NCBI RefSeq assembly: GCF_009914755.1
Contig: NC_060930.1
Length of the DNA: 64,000 bases
Source: the human T2T-CHM13v2.0 reference genome, Homo sapiens
Direction: 5' to 3' (one strand)
Notes under the pieces: model-generated
Databases searched by the model: none
What the model saw: the letters and a program-made list of their open reading frames with translations, nothing else
Told to the model about the DNA's origin: nothing
Position numbers and translations under genes: made by a program
Shown here: one piece after another, positions 43,801 to 57,694 of the stretch
How positions within the stretch are numbered: position 1 is the stretch's first letter
Layout: every line of letters begins with the position of its first letter

Positions 43801-46800
43801 GTACCTTTTTCATGTTGGTCAGTCCATTAAATCAAATATTTAAACAAATTGAAGATAGCAACAAAGTTTTGAATTACTGTAGTAGAATTAATTCAAAGAA
43901 AAAAAGGGAAGACAAAGCAAGTTTAATTATAGTGTATTCGTGAATCAATTATAATAACTTAAATATGCCAACACTTTAGATTACTAATAATGCAACATTA
44001 AGAATCATTTATTTACTGTGTTGCTTTTTATTCTACATTTTATGTGTATGTTTATAATTTAATAACTTCTATTAGTAGGATCTGTCATGCACATAATTTA
44101 TAAATTACATGTATTTTGGAAATATATGAACAAAACCTTGTATTGAAAGGAGATCAAAATCAAAGAAGTTTGAAAAGTGTTGGCAGAAGCCTGACTAAAT
44201 AGGGACATAGAATCAATTGTAATTGAGTCCTAATAGAGACACATTCAATCTATATAGATATATATGACTTTGAAAATGATTTTGAGTGCTTTTAAAACAC
44301 TTAATTGTATTATAATTTAATAATTTAAAGTAGTTATCTCCTATTTGAGTTGATAGATATCAGAAAATATTAAAGATTTTGTTTATAATTTAAACAAAAA
44401 CTGATTTTGTTGATTGTATTTATGCTTAACCTTAATAAAGTGGCAACTTCTGAGTGAAACCCAAAATACAGTTCTAAAATAATATTTTTGTATATGATTT
44501 GTACAGAATCGTTACCCTTCAGCTGTCCAGTAACAACATTTAAATCTATACAAGAAATCTTTGAAAATAAAATCCTTATGATGCTTGTCAGTGCCTGAGA
44601 AATGGATGTCAAGCATAAATCTATTAAATAAATAGATATCATGGATTAAACGGTTCTTATTTTATAACATTATGAATTTCATGTCGGTTTTATTTTTCCT
44701 CCACACTGATATTCTCGATTTTAAAAAGATAAAGCGTTCATATTACGCATCATCTTTTGATTTACTCATAGAGTACCACTGAATAGGAATTAGCTTTGAA
44801 AGAGGTCATCTATGGGCAAAATGTCAACAGGATTGCTACACTGCCTAAACAGAATAATGTACAATATGAAGTAAGTGATTTAATTAACTGAAACTGTCTC
44901 AGTAGAGTGCACTTCTTATCTAGTGAAGACATAAAAAAGATAGATAACTGCATTATGTCAATTAATCTACTCATATTTCAGGGTGAATATAAGAAATGCG
45001 GGAGCATATGAGCTATTTGTGTCAGGATAAATAGATAATAAATATATATAGCTTCACTCAATTGAGTCAATACAACCAGTTTTCCCCCCACACAAAACTT
45101 ATACTTTTGATGTTTCCACTCATAAACAATGATGCTTCCAACATAATATTTTTAAAAACTCTTATTACAATTTTTAAAATCATTATTTAAAGATATTTGG
45201 ATACTATTATAAAGCCCATTTAAGGATTTCTCCTACTTTTTACTTCTGTTGTACTAGTATGTGTTAATGGGGTTACTATGAAGTGGATATGCTGATTTAA
45301 CAACAGGTGCTGAACATTTTCTTGATGAACATTTTCTAGGTAATTTTTTTTTTCTGCTAAGTTTTAAGACTCAATTTTGTGGTTATTTCTCCCTGTTTTA
45401 AACATGGTGAGATAATCTCCTGTACGCTAGTCCTTAAACAGAAAAGTCATAAAACCATGAGTCTAAAGAAGACCAGTCTTTGGCACAAGTTTACATGACT
45501 TTGTAGCATTTAACCACCAAGCTCTTAAACACCTGGCATAGAGCATCTTTATTTAGCAAAGTGAGGAAGCAGAAAAGTAGAGCGCTGTCTAAAGTAGGCA
45601 GAGACTACTCAACTCCAGGAATCCTGTTTGTATTAGAATCCCGTCTGGAATTACGAGATCTGATTATTCAAAAGAAAATGAAAATCCTGATTCTTATATG
45701 ATGAAATGTGTCCATTATTAAATTTTGAAAAATGATTCAAACTTAAAACATTGTAGACCAACTAATGAAAGGCAAACTGGACTTCTGAGGTCAGATATAG
45801 TCTCTGGGCCCTCCAGATAAACTACCCTTGACATCTCCCTTCCAATCATGTAGAAGCAGAGATGACCCCATTACAGACTGATTCTCCCATTGGATGGCTT
45901 TTCTTCTAAAGGAGCAGAGAGGTTACCAAACTATCAACTGAAAACTAAAAGACATATGATAATATTTTCCACACCATTTTTGTGAAGAAGGATATACTGA
46001 TGATGACTGTCTTGGTAGTAAGATTTGAAATTACTTTTTAAAAATTTTTAATTGTATTTGTCCATATCTTTTTAAACTGCCTACAAAAGAACATGTATTA
46101 GTTTTTCACTCAGATTTTTAAATGTTATTAAATAATTATGTAAAAATTAAAAAAGGAAGTTCAATGCTCTGTAATCAATTTTCGTGTACAAGAAAAACAA
46201 GGCAGTGGCATCATTTGAAAATAAGAAAGAATTAGCTAGCTATACATTATTGATAGACGAGACTATTTTAAATTGTAAATTTATTTATGATGGGTTTGTA
46301 ATATGTCCTACCCAATAAAGACAACTGAACTCCCTCTGCCTTACAGTGCAGCCAGGGACATATCTTCTTAGTGAACTTATTTCTGTGATACGATCCAGGT
46401 TTTATTCTTATCCATCCCTCCAGCAGCCTTACTGTAGCAAAATCAGTTTCTTGTAACAGAAATAAAAGTTTCTTTCTTAGCTTCCGGAAATTATTGACTT
46501 TCAAGAATTTTTGAGATTCTGCCTCCCTTTAACAAAGTACAAATAAACCTCTTTTTAACATTCAGACAATCTAAAAACTTGCTGAAAATCAGACAATGAA
46601 TACCTATTGGAGCCTCCCTTGACATATATTAATTTTCTGGTACAATCTTTTGTAAATATTTAATAATTAGCTCCTGTTTTATGAATATGCAGATGTAGGA
46701 CAAGCCTTATATGAATAGGTCCTGGTTGTAGCAATTGAACTGATGCAATCACATGTCATCCCTGAAAACAAAAGCAGATGCCACTGAAGACCATCCTTGT

Positions 46801-47265
46801 CAAAATATTTCCACAAGCCTGCGAAAGGTCTTAACCTATACAAATGTTATGACTTTGCTTAGGGCTGTAATTTCTTCTTTTTGAACTCAAGTAACAAAAA
46901 GAGGATTTGTCAGTTGAATGAATAAGAAGAAGTAGCAAATTATTTGGGGATCTGACTAATTAAGCCTATCAGGAAGTACCTCAGGCAGTGTCATTATTTG
47001 TTTAGCTAAATTGTCAGTCTAGACAATGAGGGAGTAATGCCTTATTTTATTTTTCCTCCTCTATGATATTTTGCTCAACTGCATATTCTAAGCTGCTCTA
47101 GAAGAATTCACTTAGAACAATTCTATCTTCTTTTATTGAAATTAAGTCAAACTCTAAGTGAGGTCTAAAAATAAATTTAAAAAACCTTTTTTACAAAAAG
47201 ATCAGAATAACAGTCATATAGTGACTGAAAAAATAAATTTCTTTAAAATAAAGTCTGATTTAATT

Positions 47266-47390
47266 AGGGTTGTTAGACAAACTATTGGACACAATATGAG
47301 TTTCAGAGAAAAACTGATTCTTTTACTATAAATATGTCCCATGCAATATTTGGACATCTGTATTTTTGTTTGCTGAATCTGGCAATCTTA
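47266..47390. mobile_element. MER53-like palindromic hAT MITE (internally deleted)
   Basis: tagggttgttagac...tgctgaatctggcaatctta inverted termini, with internal tatgtcccatgcaatatt. Confidence 0.65.
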
Positions 47391-48964
47391 GACTGAATTT
47401 ATGTTCCGGAGAAAGTGTAGAGTAAGTATGTTTAAAAGAGGGTTCAGAAGATTTGTATAAAAACTAACTGTGGAAGTTGGCCTCAGCTCTTTAGATATAT
47501 GCCTGTTCTGCCACAACTGTCCAGCAGTCTGCTCTACTCAGCTGCTTCTACTTATCACGTTTTCCAGAATCCAGCTACGTTCTGTCACAGCTCTCCATAC
47601 TCATATCTCAATGTTTACTGAGACCAAGTTTTGATTTATCATTATCATATGGAAGAATCTATATCAGATAACTTTTTTAAACTTGTTTATTCTATTTCTC
47701 AATATTCAAGCAAATAAAGGGTTTTGCAAGCCTATATTCCCATCCACAAAGGAATTGAGGTATACCTTAATTTCCATTATAAGAAAAGAATAACGATTAA
47801 AAAAGAATATAGAAAAAAAGAAAAACTTTTATCAGAAGGTGCCAGGCTTATTATTCAAAGAAATCTTGTTTCATTTCCTTTGCTACATCTATCTTTTTTC
47901 TATAATTTTCATCTAATGTAGCAAATAAAATATACACATATGTAAATAACACATACAAATTCCTATGTCAATTTATTGTATAAATATCACTCACAGAAAG
48001 GTGAATGAAAAGGCAGTACAAAATAAATTCACTTTATTTCACAATTTTAACTTGACTGCCTTGAATTATTGGAAGATCCTTTAAGATGTATACTGTAAAG
48101 GCAGTCCTATGCAATTTTTTTTTTTTACTAATACTTCATGGTGTTTCCTGCAATGTTTCCCAGATATCTACACAAAAATTATAATAATACTTACTATGGT
48201 TTGTTTTTACTTTTTGTTTCTATGTATTAGGTTCTTCATTCATCCAATTGTCTCCTCTTAGAAACAATTATAAGGGCCAAATTACAGTTAGACTAATACA
48301 CAGTAAAGTTAAAATGTTTTGCACATTATATTTCTTCACCATTTCATACTATTAATTTTAAATTTTAGTTAAAATTGATGTATTTTAGAAATGTTTTTAG
48401 TTTGTCTCAGAATATATATATATATATAACTCAGACCAAAAATTCTAGTGTAGTTGTTCTGTCTATTCCATTTATTATATTTAAGCCTAAAGAAAAACCT
48501 TGGTGGCAAATGACAGAAATCTGTTGATTAAGCTCATTGAATTGGCAAACCTTAAGAAGAGAGTACTCTCTTTTTCCATTAGAACATCACCTTTCTGATG
48601 GTAAAAGTGCAGTAATTGATACTGTTTGGGAGAAGTGACTAGAGGTCTATATCCTTAGGAAAAGATTTCAAAAGCTTTGGATTCTGTTATGTTTTATTAT
48701 CAATATATTTAGAATTCTAGTTCTAAATTCCCTTCAACTCCAGTTATTCTGGCGACAAGCAGCTTTTACTTGTATTTCAATCTCTGTGGCTAAGTCCTAT
48801 CACCTGTTAGCAGATGATTTCCGGAATCATCAGGTTCTTGCTACACCTCTCAGTGCAAGCTTCCATGCAGATAAGCATTGGCTGGGTGCAGAATGCTGCG
48901 TATAAAATGCTTAGAAACATAAATCACTGTGGCTATGCACAGTCCAATACTTATGCACTATGGC

Positions 48965-49115
48965 TCTGCAACTGAATTCTCTGTGGGGGATATTAAAAAC
49001 ACAGAGTCTCAACCTCACCTTCTATTCACTAAATCAGAATCCCCAAAGCGGGAATACCAAATATGCATGCAGTTTATAACTGGCACAGGTGATTCTGGTG
49101 TATTGTAGAGACTCT
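48965..49115. mobile_element. MER5-type MITE
   Basis: actaaatcagaatc...caggtgattctggtg. Confidence 0.55.
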
Positions 49116-50609
49116 GAAATACTGATTTGCTCTTGGAATCCTTGTCCTTCCTTGTTTTGTGAGTCCTGTGGGCAGCTGAACTCAAGGTCTGATACTTTCA
49201 GAGGTACAGCATATGTAGGACAGAAAGGGAATCTTGGGGGAGGCATGACTTGTGCTGTATATTCCCCGTGTCTCCTTGTGAAACTTGCTTCACTTCTATG
49301 AACATTACATTTTTCTCTGTGAAATATACCTTCTATGATATACCAGTGAACTATAAAAGACATCCTGGAAAGACACACCTCAGAACAAAGTGGGATTTAT
49401 ATTTTCTGAAAAGCAAACTAGTCCTTGATTGTATATATTAATAAGAATTTAAAAAAGCATAGAATTGGTAATAACACTCTAAACCCACATGTATGTGTAA
49501 ATTCATTTTCATATTTAATACACTTGTGTTTAATATAGTGTTATATTTAATATACTTATTGTATTAAATATATTATGTTTAACATGATATTTAATATACT
49601 CATCCACATTTATATCCACACCAATCCCATTGGTCTCTTTTGAGTTTTTGTTTCAGGCTTTTTTAAGAATGTAGGGCAAAGTTTTGGTCTTGGTCTTTTA
49701 AGCACAGCAGCTACAGGAAGGGAGATTTTCTTGCTCTGAGAGGGCAAAAAAAAAAGACCAGCAACTTAAACCAGGGGAACTGACCTAAAAGGCTGTGCCA
49801 CTGATAAGATTCACTTGGACTTAGCCAGATTAGAGGCTTGATACCTGGAGAGAGAGAGATCAGGCTGAGGTGTTTTGCTTTGTGTCTATCAGATGCAGAG
49901 CATTTCAGCAGAAATGCAGCAATCTCACAGCAAGCCTTAAAAGGTGGCCCAAGAGCCTCAGCATCCGATGATATCATGTCAAACAAATGCTATCATGTCA
50001 AACAAATGCTATCAGCATCTGGGAAATCTCTGGAATCTGGGCATGAGTATAGACTCTGTGAGTTTCTTACTCTATGAGAAAATCTAAAAAAAGTTAAAAG
50101 ACGTACAGGTAAACACCTGACCATTCATTTCTTCTTTCCTTCCTTTCTTTCTCTCTTCCTCCTTCCCTCCTTCTCTCCCTCTTTCTCTCTCTGTCTCTCA
50201 CTCAGCAATCTGCAATGTTTCAGGCATTGTCATAACTCAGCCTTGAGGATATAATAATTTTAAAAAATATTATAGAGCATAACCTCATCCTCAAAGAATT
50301 GACATTAGTGGTTAAAGTAAATAATTAAACCCTGACAAAATATTGTTAAGAGTTAGCAGTCTTCATAATAGGTATTTTATTTTGTACTTTCTTCAAAGTT
50401 TTCATGTAAAAATATAAGCTTATATATTATTTGATATGAAAATATATTAATATCAAAACACATGATCAGTAAAGAAATTATTTTTAACACAAAAGTGACT
50501 GAATTACAGCTCACTTCCATACACTTGAATAAAATACCCTGGCTTGGCAAATCAGTGTAAGAGCTTTAGTTCAACTCAGAGAAACACTAGGTGCACCATA
50601 GTTAAATCA

Positions 50610-50880
50610 TTATAATCATAATAAAACATGGTATATATCTATTAATGCCTTGTATGGGACAGGCATTATGTTATAGATTCAACATAAAGTAAAATACATG
50701 AAGCATTTTACATTTAATTTGTGTAACAATTCCACAGAGTACCTGCTATGAATATGTTTATTATTAAAATTAACTGACTGAGGCTTAGAAACGTTAAATG
50801 ACTTGTTCAAGGTAACACAGCTGGTGAGGCCAAAGCTATTTATCCCAAAGGCCCTCTTCTCTTCTATAAGCAGACTTTTG
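50610..50880 (-). mobile_element. MIR
   Basis: actgaggcttagaaacgttaaatgacttgttcaaggtaacacagctggt core. Confidence 0.75.
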
Positions 50881-50977
50881 GTTTTAAAGAGCACACTACA
50901 AAATTTAACCCTACTGTAGTCAAGATGATGCCATAGATCATTCTCTATCAGTTCAAATCAAGGTTCTTCATCAATTT

Positions 50978-51006
50978 ACAGGAAGAGGCTATTTACTGGC
51001 TAGCTG

Positions 51007-51057
<51 letters not shown>

Positions 51058-51138
51058 TATATATGAGAAACAGGAAGAGGCTATTTACTGGCTAGCTGTA
51101 ATATATATATATATATATAAGAATATATATGAGAAACA
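50978..51138. repeat. Two-copy tandem duplication containing an (AT)n microsatellite
   Basis: acaggaagaggctatttactggctagctgta-(AT)n-gaatatatatgagaa occurs at 50978-51069 and 51070-51135. Confidence 0.95.
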
Positions 51139-51139
51139 T

Positions 51140-51431
51140 GTAATACATAAAATTATAATATATATTATGTTATAATATATCATATATTTTATATTTAAGA
51201 ACTATGTAATGTATAAAAATTATATTATTTAATTTAAATTAAATAAATATAAATTAAATATAAATTAAATACATAATTATAAAAATTATATTATTTATTT
51301 TTATACATTAAATTTTATATCTTACATATTTCTTATGTATAAATTATAATATAATTTTATATTATATATAATTGTATACATTATATATTTCTTATAAATA
51401 TAAAAATATATAACATAGAATATATATTCAT

Positions 51432-51463
<32 letters not shown>

Positions 51464-51467
51464 ACAC
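51140..51467. repeat. AT-rich low complexity followed by (CA)n
   Basis: Direct inspection. Confidence 0.85.
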
Positions 51468-54400
51468 TATAACCAAGACAGGTTTATTGTAGGAAGTAGC
51501 TGGTTTCAGCTTAAGAGCTTGATTTTAGAAAGGTGTTAAGCTCTATTTATCGTAGGATGGTTGGCAGAAGACTAAAGAACAGAGATACACATATTCTCTA
51601 TTTGTGTAGGTACACACAAATGTACACGCATACTTGCACATGTGCTTGTTTACACATGTATCTATCAACTCCCAAATCCTAAATTTCCTATTTATTTTTT
51701 ACTTTTAATAAACTACCTACAGACAAATGAGGTGGTTAGAAATAAACAGGGACTTAGAACACAATGGAGTTATTTACTGAGGCTATTAAGTTAATAAATT
51801 GCTAAAATCAATCTGTTCTGAAAGAAAGTGTGATTTTATTTCTCTATGAACCCCTTAAATGCATGATATGAACACAGTGTACACAACACAGCGGTTTTTA
51901 GAACCAATTTTTATATGGTCAACTAATTAAAAATGGTATCTAAATGGCATATAAAATGTTTTCTAGGAAAAAAAGTGGAATTCCTGTAGAATGTAACTAT
52001 TGATTGATTTCTCAGAAATAAATTGTGAAGCTCAGAGATGAGTCCCATTTATAGTTATGTAAATATCACAAATAATAACGGTAAAGTGCAGTGTTTGTTT
52101 TGAAATCAGCTTAATTTGTCTCATAATTCTTTCAAAATAAATTCATTTCTTTATGCACTTTGGCTAATATTGGAAATGGAAATAGTATTCAATCAGTTCT
52201 AAATCATTTTTTAAGCTAGATAATTTCTGGAAAGTGCTGACTTTTGTTAGAAAATCTGAAAATGGAAAATTCCTCTCAGTGATCTGCTATGTCTTCACAT
52301 ATTATTTATGAAGTTAATACTGCTTCATGGATTTCTTAAATCTCAAAATTCAGCCATCTGTAAACCTCTCTTCTCTGTAATGAATCTTGGAATAAGAAAG
52401 AAGAGAAAATATGTTTTAGCTTCCAGAGGAGATTTCTGAAGTCCAAAGCATTAAAGCTCACATACTTGTTTACTCAGGTGAATCAACAAGTCTTTTTCTC
52501 AGGTTCTGTTTGCTTTTATTTTGCATGTAATCCTGATAAATTTAATCAGTTTCAGAGCCATCATAGGTTCAAAACAATAGTTTAAAAGGGAAGAAATAAG
52601 GTTGCTTCAGATAGGCATAGTAACTATGATTAAAACTGACAATTGAGGGGGAACATATTAAGATAATTATACAGGTCATCAGATGAGGGAATTTAAGTTC
52701 TATTTTAGTCTTACATCATACAGGGAAAAGAATTCCATAATCTAGTTTATTGTAGAAATGACAGAAAGCTGACCTCTATCATAGTTAACCATAGTTATAA
52801 ATGTAACATTAAATTATGTTCAATAAATTCTTAAAGGGAAGATTGGTATAATAAAAAGTAGAGATCTGAGTAATACATTGTAGGCAGATTTTATTCTATA
52901 TAAACATAGCAGGCTGTTTAAAATGGGCATGACCAAAAAACTTTATTTTGTGTTACCTAGTCACTGCAGTGCCTCTTTTAACAATAGGTTTTGAAGTTAG
53001 CTAATACATCAAGGTTTAGTTCAAGTTTTGGCTACATAATAACTACTGATGATGTTGCAGCAAGAGATTTAATAACAGATTTAAGTGAACCTTTTCGATA
53101 TCATAATAATCAATCAGTCATTGATTATTTTTAATATGCTCATAATGATTTCAAACATTATATCCAGCCTCTAAGAGAAGCTATAATTTCATGTATGGAT
53201 TTTCTGATTAGTAAATGCCAATACATAGGGAGACTAACATTTCACTAATTTATTACAATAGTGTGGAGAAAACCATATATTATTATCTCTCCCACAAAAG
53301 AATTGGAATAGAATAAATAGACTTTATTCTGCTTGTCTTAAAGACAAAAACATTAAAACCGAAGGAGGAATCCACAAGAAAATAGTACTTAATGAAGGAA
53401 AGATGCTATGAAATATGCTGTTAAAAACAGAGAGGATGAATCAGTTTTATCATTTTCCAAATTTTTCAGATCATCCATTATTTCCTCTTTAAGGTACTAA
53501 ATAAATTGTGAATTATCAATACACATGAAATAGAAATCTCTGTGCTTTACTCAGAATATCACAGGAATTTAGAGCTAGAGAGTGCTATCTAGATAACTAG
53601 TTCAATGATTTTCAAATAGAAGTACACATCAAAATCACAAGGCGTTATAAATTATCTAAATGCCTGGACCCATCATCTGAATCAGAATTTTAAGCACGTG
53701 TCTTTTCAAAAGCAACTCCCTATTTTAGAACAATTGAGTCCAGCTCCTACATTTTATGGAAGAAACTGATAAACAAATTAAAATGTCTAATAATAGGTAT
53801 TTGCTTATGCATATTTTGACACTAAAATAAAAAGGTATATAGTCTTTAATGTAATAAAATAAATTGGTATATAGTAAACTTGTATGAATACTATAAGAAG
53901 TTTTCATTTCGTTTTATGATTCTAATAAATTGGCTAGTTGTGAATCATAGAACAAATTCATGTCAAAGCTAGACAATCTTCAAATGCTGTCTCTGCTCTT
54001 TTAAGTTCTCTAAGCTTACAAGTTGTTTAATCTAATAAAAATAAAAAAAGTTAAGAAAATATTTATTCTTAGAAGTTTAACATTTTAGACTAAATTCCAT
54101 AGAAACCATTACTTAAAAGCAATATTAATATAAAATATATCCATTTAAAGGCTATATATAAGAGCTAAGATATTTCAGGATGGATTAATTTTGTCACACT
54201 CCAAAGTATCTGAGAAATTAATGAGAACTAAATGTGCTTTTGTCTCTCTTTTTGCTACAAAAATTGAATTTTTCCTTTCTTTAGGCATATTCAGATGGCT
54301 GTTTGTGTTTTGAGAATTCTGGAACTCCGGAGCTCTGATATGAGTCAGATTCTCTGTGTTAATTTCCAACAAATGTGATTAAGCAAATCTTTATAGAGAA

Positions 54401-54820
54401 GGAGGATATGAAAGAAATGAAGGCTTTAGTATTTGGACAGAGAGCAGTTGGATTGATTCCGCACTGATGGGGAGTTTGTATTCCTGGAGAAAGAAGAGAA
54501 CCTAGAGGTTTTTGTGGTTCCAACTTGGTATACTGAAGGGACAACTGGGACCTGACCACTGATTAGCTAAGCATCATGCCCTTGAAGGCAAGGGTACAGA
54601 GAAGGTCCTGGGAGCCACATTTGGTATGCAAGGATTGAAACCATTTCACAGATTAACATATTTTTGAAAGGAGCATGGAGATACCATATAGGCATTTTAT
54701 TAGGAGCCAAGATGAACTGTATAGCAAAGGCTGTTCCCCATTAATTCTGGATTGATCCACCTCCAGTGTTTACTCAAATCCCAAGGGAAGGAAATAAGCG
54801 ACTCTCAAATAATTGACATG

Positions 54821-55378
54821 TACCACATTTTCTTAATCCAGTCTATCATTGTTGGACATTTGGGTTGGTTCCAAGTCTTTGCTATTGTGAATAGTGCCAC
54901 AATAAACATACGTGTGCATGTGTCTTTATAGCAGCATGATTTATAATCCTCTGGGTATATACCCAGTAATGGGATGGCTGGGTCAAATGGTATATATACA
55001 CCATGGACTACTACGCAGCCATAAAAAATGATGAGTTCACGTCCTTTGTAGGAACATGGATGAAGCTCGAAACCATCATTCTCAGCAAACTACCGCAAGG
55101 ACAAAAAATCAAACCTGCATGTTCTCACTCATAGGTGGGAATTGAACAATGAGAACACATGGACACAGGAAGGGGAACATCACACACTGGGGTCTCTTGT
55201 GGGGTGGGGGGAGGGGGGAGGGATAGCATTAGGAGATATACCTAATGTTAAATGACGAGTTAATGGGTGCAGCACACCAACATGGCACATGTATACATAT
55301 GTAACTAACCTGCACGTTGTGCACATGTACCCTAAAACTTAAAGTATAATTAAAAAGAAAACAAAATAATGAAAAAAA
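54821..55378 (+). mobile_element. Short 5'-inverted L1PA3/4-grade insertion
   Basis: 54821-~54993 is antisense L1 and ~54994-55378 is the sense 3' end with G tract and A tail. TSD aattgacatg at 54811-54820 and 55379-55388. Confidence 0.93.
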
Positions 55379-56486
55379 AATTGACATGGATTTTCAACCA
55401 TATGGTGGATGAAAGTAAAGGTAGTTTTTTTTTTTTTAGAAGACATATAAATTCAGTTTGTTTTTGCATCTGAATGTTTGGGGGAAAAGTTAAACCTGTA
55501 GTATACGTGTGTGTGTGTGTGATGTGTGTGATATTTATATATATATATTTATATATTGCAGAGTTGTTCCTTCCACATTAGTTCTACTGCACTATTTTTG
55601 TTTCCCCTGCTGTTATCAAAAATAAGCATTCATTATTCATGTAAGATAAAGAGGAAAACGAAACTAAAATGAGAGGGGAAATACTAGATTAATTTGATCA
55701 TACATATTTAAATAACCACAAGAAATAGTTATTCTCAAATATACATAACAAAGTTACACTAGGGAATAGATCTTACTATACACATTCTTAACATTTGTAT
55801 TTTATTATATGCTAGACTTTCAAAAGATTATTTTTTCCTCCTATTGTTTTCTTAGATTTACTGAACCATAAAGAAAGGAAAAGAAGAAAACTGGCTCATT
55901 GTTACAAATCACTTCCTACTGTGGATTTGAAGTCTTCTTATTTTCTGCTTTTCATCTAAATTCAGCATCATGATGCTGCAATACAATCAAAAGAAAATGC
56001 TGTAAATATAAAAATGTTAATTTAAAGCTATACACATACCAGGTTCAAAGAAGATGCAAGCCACATGTCAGTGGGATTGCCTGGGTTCATCTGGACAGTC
56101 CAGCTCATACAACAAGCAGGCCGGTGACTCTTTAGGCAAATGCGAATGTTTTATAGATTAAATAAATCATCTTTCTGTTTTTTTAAGGTTATTAAATATT
56201 CTGCAGAAAAATCCAACTCTGTGCCTTTCTAATTTTCTCTTCCACTTCAAATCCTTCACATTTTATGTTTTTTCTTTTACCAATGAGTTAGTAAAAGCAA
56301 GTAAATATAAAACTCAAAAAATTATGTATTATGTCTAATCCAGGCTTTATTTTAAAAATATGAATTTTGGCTCTTTTTATATGACTTAGTATCTTTGTAC
56401 TATTTTTGTTTTATTATTATAGAATGCATTGTTTTCCAATAGTATACTATTTATTCATACACAAAAAGGCAATATTTAACAAGACA

Positions 56487-57103
56487 TTTGAGCAAGAAAG
56501 CATTAACTCAAAATTCAGGGCTCAAGCCTACATATATTCCATCGGAAGGACCGGCCCTTTACTGGCTCCTGGGAGATAACCTCTGAATTTGGAATATCCT
56601 GACAGATAATAATGTCTTTGATACCTGAGACCTCGAGCTGTGCCAAATAGTTTATGCTAATTAGATGTGATTTATGCTTGCAACCCTTTTTTTGTATGCC
56701 TAGGGCTTTGGGGCATGCTGCATCAGCTTGGCCCCTGCAGGAGCTGGAGACTGATTAGCTAAGGTCAGTTATGCAGGTGCTTCATGTCATCATGACTGAC
56801 CTACAATGAAAACCATAGACAACAAGGCTTATGTGAGCTTCCTTGGTTGGTTACACTTTATATATGTTGCCCTACATTGTTTCTGAGAAAGTATTTTAAG
56901 TACTTTTCATGCAACTCCAATGGGAGAATACACCTGGAAGACTGTACCTGCTTTATCTTAGACTTTATCTTATGTGTCTTTCCCTTTGCTAATTTTAATC
57001 TGTAACTTTTATAGTAATAAATCCTAGCAAAAAGTAAAACAGTTTTTCTGAGTTCTTCTTATACATTATCAAACCTGAGGGTAGTCTTTAGGCCCCAGAC
57101 ACA
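56487..57103 (+). mobile_element. MER21-like solo LTR
   Basis: ggctcctgggagataacctct...tttatgctaat...aaacctgagggtagtctttaggccccagacaca. Confidence 0.75.
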
Positions 57104-57694
57104 ATATCTGAAAGCTATGAAATGCTTTGAGCTTTAATATTTTAAGCAATTTGTGGTCTCCATAACACCATTTCTTGGAAGGATATCACCAGTATGATGA
57201 CATTTCTGTTCTTGAAGTTGATATATGACTTACAGTTAGGAGTTAGATAATTTCAATAGTCTCCTTATGTTAAAATATATTTAAACCAGTTAATAAGATG
57301 AGAACTTTATCTCTTCTTCAACTTTGCTTCTTTCTGCTTCCCCCCCCGCCCCATATTCTTATTATCACAATTTCTGGAAACAGGAGTCAAGATTTTAAAC
57401 TATACTACAGTTAGTTGGAATAGCTTCTTAGTGGCAATTCATAAAATAGATAAATGAGACAAGAATATCCTTGGAAGTTCTGTTATTTGGTATAAGGCAA
57501 GATGTAAAGTTGTACTCCTTGACTTGTCAAATGACTGGCTTAATGTCCCACGGAATATCTGTGGCAGTGTCAGGTCTGAAAGTGGAATCTTATATTACAG
57601 GTATGGGGTTCTTTCTTCTGTAATAAACTCAGATTATTCCTGAAGTTACTGCCAAAATCACAACCTAAAATAAAGCGTAATTACATTATGGATG

